Shown here one piece after another: positions 1 through 11,414 of a stretch of DNA of 41,631 nt. The stretch's first letter is position 1, and every line of letters starts with the position of its first letter. Source of the stretch: Octopus sinensis (Eukaryota); NCBI RefSeq assembly GCF_006345805.1, contig NW_021835280.1:1-41631 (forward strand). The letters run 5' to 3'. The notes under the pieces are model-generated. The model had not been told where the DNA came from and ran no database searches. It saw only the letters and a program-made list of their open reading frames with translations. The translations under genes were made by a program, and so were the position numbers.

Positions 1-816
1 CTCATCCATGTCTCCCCATTAACATTTCTTCGCCGTGGTCTTTGCCTGCTTTCGCGTTCCAGTCACCTAATAATGCTTATTATTCAATCCGAGTTGCTCG
101 TAGTTTTTTGTCTCCTTTGTAGTACACATACGGTCGTTTACAAGTAGTATTTGTGAATTGAATTCTAAAAAGTCTTATGAATCCCGAACCCCTACCCGTA
201 ATGAAGTGTAAGAGAATAATTCGGTACTTGTTGTATCTCACCTAGTCTGCCCTTTGGTTTTTTTTCAAAACCTCCCCAAGTTGCACATCATAGTGCCAAC
301 TCAGGCACAAAAAACAAGCATAGCTAGCTAATCAAATGCAGAGACAGTAGGAAGGAATCGTTTGTGCCAATCAGCATAGACCTCCAAATCTTCATAACAG
401 TCAAAGAAAGATGGTAAAGGCTCAGTTCCAATTTCTGTCAGTCTCCTGTTGTCTCTGACCGAATTTTAGTACTTTGAAAAGGAAAGGTTTTGCATAATTA
501 GAAGTTTTCATTAATAATGTAAATCAGGAAAAATAAAGATTCCCTTTTAACAACTGTGTCGTGCCAGTAGGACTCGCCGCCTCACGGGTGGGGACGTTGA
601 AAAGATTGATCCAGCTCAAAAGTAGACTCCTTTGTTGCTGAACCACGATGGCCGTACTCCAGCATCCTAAGAATACTCTTCAGCCAACGGGGCTGTATAC
701 ATTCCGATCCTGGCATTGGATTTTTTGCTTGTATAGCTCAGATAGACCTCTGGAGTTAAACGATAGCAAAGTAAAATCTCTTTGCAGCCTCATCTCGCTT
801 GTGCCACCCTCTCCAG
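1..816 (-). mobile_element. Degenerate 5' part of an RTE-type non-LTR retrotransposon (APE endonuclease remnant)
   Basis: Minus strand reads ATG(793) MRLQRDFTLLSFNSRGLSELYKQ, resembling the APE N-terminal xFNxRGL motif, and LLGDWNAKAGK..MGRHG near 1-75, the APE GDWNAK motif. Stops and unrelated-looking sequence lie between them. Confidence 0.5.
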
Positions 817-905
817 GAAAAATAATAAAATGAAAGAATGTTTGATTTTTAATGAAATATATTTGTAAAGATGGTTAGTGAAATATATTAGTAATGACAA
901 TTAAA

Positions 906-1627
906 TTACCCAACAGTCAAGTCGTCGTTAAAGTAAAGTTGAATTGTAGGAAGAAATTCATTGGAATCCATTCCCAAGTCAGCAAATAGCTCATCTTCGT
1001 CGGTGATTCCGTTCTCCTCCAACGTCTTAGTCATCTCTAACGGTTTCCCCATGTATTTCCAAGTATAACTACGAGCGTGTGAGTTATATTTGAGATATCT
1101 TTCCAAGATTTGATCAATTTTTTCTTCGGAACAAACCTTATTTGTTATTATTGGATTTCTTTTACCTCGACTACATGTGCCTGCGAAGTAAATGAATTGA
1201 GAATGCGAATTAGTCTAGTTTTCGTAGAGAGTCGTCCAATACAGTATGTCTCATCCTCCCACCAAGGCACGGAAAAGTCATTTTTCCAATCAGAACGAGG
1301 GAAGAAAGGAGGACAATGAAGGAAAGATCCACGAGGGGCGTATGTGAGTTGACAGTTTGTCACAGGGTCAATGTATACTTTCATCTTGAAAATATAATAC
1401 ATATTTACATACCGAACGCGTCTGCGGATCAAACCAATGGGAAATATCACTCCCTGCGACTGAAAGAAGAGGCCTTGTCAATGTCGAACCTAAATTTAAA
1501 ACATAGACTTGTCACATATCTCCTCATTCAAAAGTGGGGTGAGGTCATAAACTTTGTTGAGAAAGGAAACCCATATGTCATTTCCAGAATTGTGATACGA
1601 GACTTCATTGGCAGTAAAATACTTCAT
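906..1627 (-). CDS. CYB5D1: Cytochrome b5 domain-containing protein 1 (ciliary/axonemal), 4 exons
   Basis: [98 protein letters not shown] matches the family. GT-AG introns of 26, 28 and 29 nt (last at 1137-1165) restore the frame. Ends in TAA. Confidence 0.9.
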
Positions 1628-1699
1628 TCTATCTCCTTAGCGACATGTTCTCAATTTATAAATGTTAGTTATTTTTATTACATTATATAAAATAGTTAT

Positions 1700-1992
1700 T
1701 CTTGTTAGGTAACACAAAACCCGAAGAAATTAGTTTGATGATTTCAAAGATGTTATCCTCAGATTGATAGGACACAGGCATGACCTGAACGAGGAGAAAA
1801 ATGCCCTCCTGGAACAGCATTTTTATCGGAAATCAAATTATGCTGAGTCTAAGTGATTCAAACGACGATGAGTGGTTTAGCAGACAAGGCCAAATTGACT
1901 TGCATGGACATTCGCTTTATGCTCGAAGATATTCAGAACTTTGCGAAGATATTCAGAAGGACACTTCACTTCTTTCGTTAATAAAAAACTGA
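1700..1992 (+). CDS. Possible small spliced gene of unknown product (weak EF-hand-like ADRQGQIDL motif)
   Basis: Candidate short GT-AG introns join FDDFKDVILRLIG..HFYRKSNYA to DRQGQIDLHGH..LIKN*. Start codon not identified. Confidence 0.2.
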
Positions 1993-2365
1993 TGATACTA
2001 AACAACACGCACATTGTTAAAAAATCAAGCTGTAACAGATTTTCTTAATAAATATCCATCCTACTAAAAGTCCTTTTGATAAGATGATTTTCATAAATAT
2101 CAAAACCTTTATAGTCCCGCCATGGTCTGACAAGTTCGATTGTATTTAGCTTGCCTAGAAAAATCTTCTAAAAATTTATTTTCCAAAACATATTTTAAAA
2201 TTTGATACTATGAAAATTTTTTCGCTAATTCTCTATAAAACCCACTAAAACACTAATCTAACACGTTAAAAATCAGTAAATAACTTTTTGAATGCTGCGC
2301 AAGTATGTGAACAAAATTTGTACTTTTTAAATAAAGCAAAAATGTAAATAATCATTTTCAAGAAA

Positions 2366-3591
2366 TCACACAACGTCATCGGTTCCACAACTTTCGTTGT
2401 CATATGACTCAACACACGTAACAGGGACCACTGGATAAAGAAGAGAACGAATTTGTTTGCCAATTGTCTTGCCCATAGCTTTACCCCGAAGAATAAGAGG
2501 ATAGACCAATAGTTGAGAAGCCGATGGTCTACAATGCTAGTCATACCCGAGACCTTTCTTCAGGACAATACTTTTGGCACTTATCAATCATTTCTACCAG
2601 TCTCGAATCTACCTTCCTTCTCTTGTAAATAGAATAAGCCCGTTCAATGTGATTGTGGCCAAAAATGTCATCAATAACTACAAATCATCGAGAAACAAAT
2701 ACTGTCGACTTGATCTCCAAAAGTGGTCGACATGCACGGCTTAACTGTCTCTCCGTGATATTTAAGTAAGAAAATCTAGAATAGAACAGAAAAGGGACCT
2801 GAGTATTCTCCAGTCCGTGATATGGTAGGAACCCGTTGAGAAGATGGCAGAGAGTAATCCCCAGACTGTACAAATCACATTTCGATGAATACCCCGATAA
2901 ATTCTGACTGTCATCAACACTTTAAAACCTGTTTGAGAACTTCTGGGGCCTGCAATGCACAGAATTCGGCCAATGAGGAAGGATAAGAATAAACTGGTTC
3001 CCCACCGACGTGGCACATGGAAAGTCCTCCTATTCGAATGTGCCCTTCTTGGTTGATCAGGATATGGGATGAGGACACTCTCCTGTGCTATAACAGGGAC
3101 TGTCCCACCGATGAATGATGTGGTTCTCGTGAAGGTACTCCAGTCCCGAGAGAACTGAAAAACATATCCAGATTATTAAATCTGCTGGCAGTCCATAACA
3201 AAAGTGAGATTTAATGAGATCTTGTGCAGAACCTAGTGGTTGTGTCGATCTGTGGCACCATATGTCATTGCAGGAGTCACGTGCCAAACGGAGTGACCAT
3301 GGATGAAGGAATATAGGGAGTTTAGTATGTTCGGGTGGTGGCACGAGTTCATTATTTTCACTTCGTTCTATTTTAACCCTTATTTCATTAACCATCATTT
3401 TCGTTAAATCAGATTCGCTTGAATTGGTTAATTCTATCATTTTTGAAGTGTAAAACATGCCATTTCGTTTATTTTTTACAAGATAATTTTTCTAGAGCAG
3501 TCGGAAAATTTATCTATGACATTAAATAATTTTTCCTACGTAATTCTAATAATAAATCAAGATTATCCACAAGCTGCTCCACATCAATCAT
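2366..3591 (-). CDS. STRAD: STE20-related adaptor (STRAD) pseudokinase
   Basis: After removing about 23-26 nt introns: GSAQDLIKSHF, LEYLHENHIIHRRVSSSHILI (catalytic Asp absent), GLS in place of DFG, [47 protein letters not shown]. These match STRAD motifs. The 5' exon needs one indel, so the start is tentative. Confidence 0.85.
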
Positions 3592-3651
3592 CCAAGACAA
3601 TAATTTTTTTGAATTTTAAATAAATTTTAAAACTCGATGTTTATAATTTAG

Positions 3652-4853
3652 TCATTCAAATTTAATAAGATCTTGACCATCTGAGACATATTTGTCGACC
3701 TTGTTAACGTCCCCCCCAATCCAGTTCTTCTAAATCGTATAAATATGAGCTATCGTCCAAATTCTGTGAACATTCTTCTTCAACAGGACACTCTTTAAAT
3801 AAATAAAATAAATCTCACTGTATCCCAAGATATCCTCCGCTCGTTCTAACGTCCACCCAGTCTAGTATATTAGTCAAACCAAACCATTTTGGTAAGTAAA
3901 AGTATCTGTTTATAAGCCATATCATCAAATTTTGGAGAATTAGTTCCAATTATCGGATCACATATAGACATTGATTCTTCCTTTGATTTAACATATTTGT
4001 TGATTAAGCTGAGTTCTTCTCGATCAATCTGCACTACAATACGGGCAACAGAGAACCAATGAGGGTAAAATAAACGACATTTCTGACACGTTGATCTGTT
4101 TTAAAGTGTTCACGTTGTGTTCGTATGACAGAATGCAATCAAAAGCATATCTCAAATCCCCAGGAGCAACATCACTGTATATCTTTTCGGTAATATTTTG
4201 GACTTCAAAGAAATAAAGGGGAGTCAACTCATTATATTCCCTTATAAATAAATTAAAAATACATTGACTCATAAGAATTGAGTGGCCAATCTAAATATTT
4301 AGTACTAATCTAACCACAGATAACATTAGCCTCAAAGAATTTCCTTTAATTCTCGTTTTTTGAATAAAATTCTCAGAACATGTGTTCTCCTCGGAGGTGA
4401 TTCCTCCCCCACATTTGGTGGATAAATATCTAAAATAACAGAGGATAAATTTATCCCAATCTGTGGAGTTATCTATCATCATATCACAGCAAATATACTT
4501 TTTAGTAACACTTGAAGCACATGTTTATTCTTGACTCGATTGGATATGAATTTAAATAAATACTCCTTTGAAAATATATCAATTATTTGTACAGATATGG
4601 AGTTATTAACTAAAATGTAGTGGCATATGAAGATGGCTCTGATTGCTTTCTTATGGTCCCCGCTCATAATAGTTTTGTCGATATCGGAACAGAGAATGTC
4701 TACATTTATTGATGATCTGTTCAATATTCTTATTAAGTGCTTAATAGTAGTAGTTCCATCAGTTTCGGATAATGCTTTATTTAATATAAATATATCTTGG
4801 TTATTATGAAAATCATCATGGAATTGCATTAAGCTAATTTTAAAATATATCAA
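3652..4853 (-). CDS. Divergent multi-exon protein, possibly ANTH-domain (HIP1/Sla2-like)
   Basis: Consecutive minus ORFs 4479-4853, 4291-4482, 4024-4272 and a 3' exon to TGA at 3652. The N-terminal QDIFILNKALSETDGTTTIKHLIRIL resembles ANTH helices 1-2 (Q..I.KA......KH...I). Confidence 0.4.
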
Positions 4854-5902
4854 TAATTTTATTTTAATATTATTTTTTTAATAAATGAATATTAAAAATT
4901 TTAAATGAAATAAAATTAAAATAGACTTAGACTTTAATCGGATATTTAAAATCTTTTCTATTAACCACCTCCATAAAAACAACCATCTTAAAATGCGCGG
5001 GCTCAAAATTTTAAATGAATCCGCAGCTGCTGACCACTCGGCTCATAATCTTTACAAAGAGGGCAACAAAATCAGTATTAATGCGTGACTTTCTCCACGA
5101 GGGACTATTAAAAAATAAAATGCTTCAAGAACCACCCTCGGAAATTGATAAATCAGAATTACTATTTTCAATAAAAGAAGGTGTGATTTTCGCAAGAATT
5201 TGCTGCGGACATCACCCCTGTCTTTGACAAAATTAGACGGGAAAAAGTAGAAAGTAAGCCCTCCCACGTGTGTAACTTCAATCCGATTTTCTTTCACCGT
5301 TTGTTCTCTTGTCCTGGACTACTGCCAATGTCATTACTACATGCAGCGATCCGGGATTTCTGAGATGCATCGCTTAACAGTCGCCGGCTTCCTCCATGTC
5401 AGGGAGTTTGGGGAAACTTACTAAAATTGACTTTGTCTGGGAAAACATCCAAGAAATCGTGACAATCCTCAATCATGCTCATCGAGTTTCTGTGGTATGT
5501 TTTTTCGAAAATGATTTAAAAACGACAAAGCCAATTTATTGGTGAAAAATGGACAAGAACAGGGAAACTTGGTTCATTTCTAGGTAATTGGGAAAATTTA
5601 CAGTAGAGAAAATACTTGCAATATTTTTATTTAAAATATTAAAGTCTAAATGGCTAAGCACATTTTAACAAATATAAAAGAGCGTCTATACCAGGGGTGC
5701 GCAAGCTTTTTGGGTTTGCGGCCGCATAGCATTTTTTTTCCTTCTCTTCCACGGCCGCACATTTTCTGCATTATTTTTTCGATATTAATATAGTAATTTT
5801 TTTTAATTATTAAAAGTGACCGCATAAGTTGCCCATTGTCATCGAGACCGAATGAGTTCTTTGAAACAATAGTTCGAGTGTTAATTAAGTGAATTTATGA
5901 TG

Positions 5903-6044
5903 TTAATTCTTTGATTGAGAGGACGCGCGAATAGATAGGCAGTTTCCGCGCAATATCGCGAGCGAAATGCGCTGAAAAAGCCAGCTAGACTCACGTCTCT
6001 CGTGCCTCAGTGCCGGCCATGCCACCTTGAACGATATTGTTAAG
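5903..6044 (-). mobile_element. CRE-like RLE retroelement 3' fragment (minus) joined to a short inverted upstream CRE piece (plus)
   Basis: Minus: RESSWLFQRISLAILRGN..SKN* (RLE C-terminus). Plus 6000-6044: SC.SAGHATLNDIVK, versus HAALNDIVK in the copy at 24335-24571. Confidence 0.75.
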
Positions 6045-6045
6045 C

Positions 6046-8571
6046 CACCTTGCAATTTAAACAAGAATGTTTTATTTGGAAGAGTAGCAAAGAAAAAACC
6101 ATTGTTAAGTAAAAAAAACATACTCAAAAGATATGAAATATCGAAAATATTCGTTGGTATGTATGATGAAGGATGGAGATCAATCATTTTTTCAGACGAG
6201 TGTACTTTTAAAGTTTATTATGCACCAAAAAGAAAAATAATATACCGAAAAAGGGGAAATGAATTCAAAAATTCAAATTATCACCCACTGTTAAGTGTGG
6301 TGGCGGAAAAATTATGGTCTCGGGATGCTTTTCATATTTTGGAATGGGTTCGTTATGTTTCATCGATGATAAAATAAACTCAGGACAATATATAAACATT
6401 CTTGCTAACAATCTAGAAAAATCAGCCATAAAAAATGGGATTAAACAGCTTCATATTCCAGCAAGACAATGCCCCATGTCAGTGGTTCTCAACCTTTATT
6501 TTGTATCGCCCCCTTGGAATTTTTTTCGCCCCTCCAATTTTTATATCGCCCCCTTATTTCATTAGTAAAAATTTTTATATAAAAAATAAGAGTTTTAATA
6601 AGATCCTTGTGGTTGATGAAGATTGACAAGTTTTTCAAAATTTGTACTTCTTTTCGTAAGTGTAATTCTAATGTCGCCTCTTTCTTCTATATTTAGTTTG
6701 TTTCTTTTTTCCGATCATACTATTCAGAGTGCTGAATCCTCTCTCTACGCAGTATGACGTAGGAAAACATAATATTATTGGCATCATTTTTTCCCATAAT
6801 TTCGGAATTCACGATTAGTGCAGTATTCACGAAAAATACGATCGTACTTGCTGTTTCTTTTAATTTTATTGATAACTTTGATAACAATTTGCATTGATGC
6901 ATTCAATTCTTCAGATAATTTTTTGCAATTAAATGATGCCGATGTAAATTACAATGAATTGAAGTGGACATTAAAGATTTTTGTTTTAGAAAAGCTAAAA
7001 AAAACCACGATATTTTCCAACCATAGCCATTGCGCCATCAGTTGCGCACGATAAAATATGTTCAAATGGAATATCATTTAAGAATAAATAAGATTCAAAC
7101 ATTTTGAATATTGACAATCCTGTAGTATCCGTGACTAAAGATTTTGCAAATAATAACTCTCCTTGCAAAATAGAATCATCATCGAAATATCTTTATAAAA
7201 AGTATTTATAAAAAGTAATACCTTACATATGCCATCAAAATTGACTGATTATCAACGACAACTGATTCGTCAAGTTGGACTGAAAACTTGCGTTTTCTGA
7301 GAAATAAAATTAAAGATTGTTCAATTTCATTAGAAATTTCATCAATTCTTCTTCGTATAGTGTCGTTGCTTAATGGAATAGTCTTCATAATATTTGAAGA
7401 ATCTTTTTGTAAGATATCGTTTATAAATAAATTTAAACAAGGACATATGACATTTTCTGCAATTGAATGGGCATTACCTATAAATTAAAATAATAATGCA
7501 ACCAGTTTTTGCGATTATCTCTGCAACTTTATATGAATAAGATAATCCAGAGACATTTTGAGATATATTTTTATTAAAGATTGACGGTAAGGTGTTTTTA
7601 TTTTCAAAATTCTTTTTTAATTCTAGAAAAAAGTCTGGCTTTTTTCCAATTGAATTATGATGTTTTCGCTTTAAATGTTCAATCAAACGAGACGGTTTCA
7701 TTGCCTCATTCGAAAAAATTGTACCACATTGAAGACAAAGTGGTTTATTAGGATCTTGAGGATCTTTAATAAATCCAAGAGAAATATATTCATCTTTACA
7801 CATTCTGACTTTTTTTTGAACACGACCCATAAAAAGAACTAGAAATCACGCTTAGAAATTTAAATAAAATATAATAAAAATATCATATTATTAATAAATA
7901 TTATTAGACTCGATTATATATCTTTATTTTTTCAAAGATTATCGACTTTTAACATAAGATTTTAATTTTTCAAATATTAGCAATAAGCCATCGCCCCCCT
8001 GGTAGAAAAAATCGCCCCCCTACCAAAAAAATCGCCCCTAGGGGGCGAATCGCCCACCGTTGAGAACCACTGCCCCATGTCATACTTCGAAAGCAACAAA
8101 GGAGTATTTTTCTGCAAACAAAATTAATTTAGTCGATTTGCTGGCACAATCCCCCGATATGAATCCATTGGACATATTTGGTCAAAAATTAAATATGAAT
8201 TATCGAGGGATGATACAGAAAATCGACCAAAAAATAAACATCAACAAAAGGATAAAATATTAGAAATTTGGAATAAAATTCCAATTTATTTTAATCGAAA
8301 ATTAATAAATTCGATGAAAACTCGTAGTTTAGAGTTATATAAATCGAGAGGAAAACATATTCATTACTGATATTTTATTTTTTGACATTTGTCCGGAATT
8401 TTTTGTCTTGAAAAATCGGTTTTTGCTTTATTCTCAATATTTTAAAAAGATTTATGGAGAAATATTATAAAATTAAAAAATATAGATGATATTAACATGC
8501 TTAAGTTTTTAATTTAATAAAATTGATAATAAAAATGGCATTAACTGTCCGGATTTTAATGTCGAGGGGTG
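6046..8571 (+). mobile_element. Tc1/mariner transposase remnant (left end lost), interrupted by a hAT
   Basis: GRVAKKKPLL, IIFSDE, MVSGCFSY.G.G, FIFQQDNAPC, resuming as HTSKAT after 8080, SPDMNP. Putative right end ..GTCGAGGGGTG followed by TA. Frameshifted. Confidence 0.85.
6480..8072 (-). mobile_element. hAT (Buster/ZBED5-like) element with intron-containing, defective transposase
   Basis: TIRs CAGTGGTTCTCAAC / GTTGAGAACCACTG; TSD CCCCATGT (6472-6479, 8073-8080). BED finger CLQC..HLKRKH, PLSNDTIRRRI, QLDES, ATDGA, IHC.LHR. Introns at 7478-7502 and 7191-7221. Confidence 0.9.
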
Positions 8572-9089
8572 TATTTAAGATTAGTTGCTCGATGACCTAA
8601 TTGTGCCCACGGCCGCACATTCATCGACTCACGGCCGCACTTGCGCACCCCTGGTCTATACAATGCATTTATTCTGCCTATTTTGCTATAAAAATGGAAA
8701 CCTTGAATGAAAATGCATTCCAAATAAAACAACTAAAATCTTACTCTATCCAAAAGTAATCAAAAACAAGGATCTATGTGCTACGTGTAAATCTGAAGCC
8801 TGGAGGATCTTGCTGCTCTTAACAATGACATAATGGAATTGTATCTCTTAAATACAGGTCATTTTCGAGGCAGCCCAGATACAACCCTTCTACTATCCAT
8901 AAAAATGCCTTAAAAATGTGGAACCATTTAATTAAAAATTTACCCGGAGAGAAGCACTGCCATAATTTTTGTTATTGTTCAATAATCAATACAGCCGTTC
9001 CGCGAGATCGCAACTTAATGTTGAAATCTCGCACTGGCCAGCCACATAAGATCAAGATAGAAAGAGAGAACATGTTATTAGGAACTAAC

Positions 9090-9301
9090 TAATCCAAACG
9101 AACTGTCACCCCGCGTCTATTTTTCTCTCGTGCTGTGGCTGATGTAGACATCCGGTTCCTCAGTGAAATCACTGATGACGGCGTCACTCGTCAATCCAGA
9201 GTGCATGTAATATGCATGGAACCTTCGGCCGGAATGATAGCAGTGAGATTCGAACCCAGAGCTTCGCAAAACTGCCAAATTCTTCAGGCACTGCACCACC
9301 C
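9090..9301 (-). mobile_element. Probable tRNA-derived SINE
   Basis: Minus strand starts GGTGGTGCAGTG (A box) with GGTTCGAATC (B box) about 33 nt later, followed by a GC-rich body with short hairpins. No full cloverleaf. The 3' boundary is uncertain. Confidence 0.5.
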
Positions 9302-9562
9302 TTTTGTTATTGTTGCGTTTTTAAATCAAAGCTGCAGCGTGGCAAATAAACACAAATAACTTTCCATCTACTGAAATAAATCCAATCAACGAAATTCAGC
9401 AAAAAACACAGTTGACTACAAAGTTTAGAAAAATTTTCAATATCTCTTATCTCAGAAGAATGAAATCTTTAAGTGTCTCCATTTCCACCTGTCCATTTAA
9501 TTAGGAATTAGTCTAACCACAAAATTCAAAACCCATTCAATCTAATTGGTTTAGGTAATTAT

Positions 9563-11414
9563 TAGGGCAACCAGAAATATGACCTTAAAAAAGTTAAATA
9601 TGACCGTAAAAAATATGACTTTATGACTTTAAAATTCTAAAATATAACTTAAAAATATTAAAATATGACCTAAAAAATCAAAATATGACCTATCGAATTT
9701 TGATTTTTAGATATTCTGAATTTGAAAATATGAAAAAATTAAACATTTCAATCCATGAATTTATTATAATATTGCATCATATAATATTTAATATTTTCTG
9801 GCTTGAAGTTTCTATCCTTTTCGAGCAATTTATTCAGCATAGAGAAGCTTCTTTCTGCAGATATTGATGTTGAAGGACATTTCCATAAGTAAATAAATGT
9901 TTCTGGAGAAATACTAGAAATTCTAGCATTTTTAATATTCGTCCATGGTAACATACTTATCCGCTTTAAAAAATACTTGTTGATGTCACAATTATCCTCA
10001 CCAAAATTAACGGAATCAATGAATTTAATTGCATCTTTAATTGTATAAAATTTTTCTTGGCATTTTCTGATTTCATCAATAATAGGGTTGTATGAAGCCA
10101 TTAACTCTGCCAGATTTTCCTCCAAATTTTCAGAGCTAACAGCATTTTTCGCATTCATCACAATCTTTCCACAATTTGGATAGGATAAGACAATTTCGTG
10201 AACTCTTGAAAGATGTCGACTATAATATTTTGCTGCGTCCAACCAGCTGCCCCATCTTGTTAGAACAACATCAGGTGGAAGTCCAATAACTGTAAAAAGA
10301 CTCCTCCGGGAGGGATTTTTTACAATCGACATTTTGATAGACGAGATTAAGTCGTCAACATATTTATAATGTGCTCTAATCTTTAATGCACAATTGTGCA
10401 GAAGATGAGCAAAACAAGTTATATGAATCATTTTAATATACATAACCTTCAATGTACTCGCTGCTAAAGTCATATAACGGGCAGCATCAGAAATAAATAA
10501 TAAAAAATTTTCCTTTTTATATCATAAATTCGAATTGTGTCATCCACAATTCTACAAATTGCAGATGCATCACAAATTTCAATTTCCAAACAATTTAATA
10601 AATAAATTTTTTCAGGACTTTCAATAGTCCCACAAAGAACGTTAACAAATTTCTGTTTATTGATTTCCGTTTCATCAACAAGTATGAATATATCTTTTCC
10701 AGAAATAATTGTTTTAAGCATTTCAATCAATTGATATTGCAAATCTGGAACTATATTTCTGCACCAACTTTCGCTGGGAACAGTAAATCCGAGATTATTA
10801 AAAAAATTAATAAAGTGTTCATTTCTTATTTTGTAAAGAGGTATATTCGCCTTCGTCATCATTTCGACTAAGCAAATTCCGAAATTTTTCTTTGCTTCAA
10901 GTTTCGGAAGAGTGTTGAGTTGCGTTTGAAATTTTGTCTGTTCCTTTTTATGCCGGGTAGTTTCCCTGTGCTGCACCACATTAAACTTTTTCGTAAAATT
11001 AACAAAAACTGAGCATTTCAAACAAAATAAACGTCCAGCTGAATCAATCTGAAATTCAGACGGGTATCGTTTAATTATTTTATTTAACTTTTGATTGTTA
11101 GATTGCTTTTGTTTCGGCATGTAAAAATCTATAATATTTAAGCGGCCAACTACCAAAACGTGTGAAAACGTGTTATTGTCAAAATTTAAACAAAGATTAA
11201 TAAAAATATATGATTTAATAAATATAAATATGACCTAACAAAAAAAATATGACCTAAAAAAATAATATGACCTAACGGCATAAAATATGACCTATAAGAC
11301 CTAAAAAAATTAATAAAACTATTAAAAAATATAATAATAGTTTATTAATTATAGAAATAACATCAATATGACCAATAAAAAATAATATGACTTATATGAC
11401 TTTTGGTTGCCCTA
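9563..11414 (-). mobile_element. Near-intact hAT-superfamily element (CGGBP1-like zinc finger N-terminus), transposase with one frameshift
   Basis: TIRs TAGGGCAACCA / TGGTTGCCCTA; TSD GTAATTAT (9555-9562, 11415-11422); many (GG)TCATAT subterminal repeats. ORFs 10470-11156 and 9748-10473 carry C..C..H...H, VDET, (SDAARY)M, HITCFAHLLH, TRWGSW, SISAERSFS. Confidence 0.9.

Larger units (their letters stand above)
5692..8653. mobile_element. Non-autonomous hAT element hosting three nested inserts
   Basis: TIRs CAGGGGTGCGCAAG / CTTGCGCACCCCTG; perfect 8-bp TSD GTCTATAC (5684-5691, 8654-8661); subterminal CGGCCGCA repeats. Confidence 0.9.

Noticed and set aside
1110-1690. Plus-strand ORFs 1110-1319 and 1316-1690 and similar short ORFs
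   Set aside because: Antisense shadows of CYB5D1. The same applies to ORFs opposite PRCP, ENGASE and the TE ORFs.
4992-5500. Possible host gene fragments
   Set aside because: Coding-like composition, but no recognisable motif or consistent splice model.
9240-9301. Functional tRNA gene
   Set aside because: A and B boxes are present, but I could not fold complete acceptor and anticodon stems; a SINE head is more likely.
10470-10520. Programmed ribosomal frameshift in the hAT transposase
   Set aside because: A single missing base in a purine run explains it; no precedent in hATs, and similar indels occur in host genes (mutation or assembly error).
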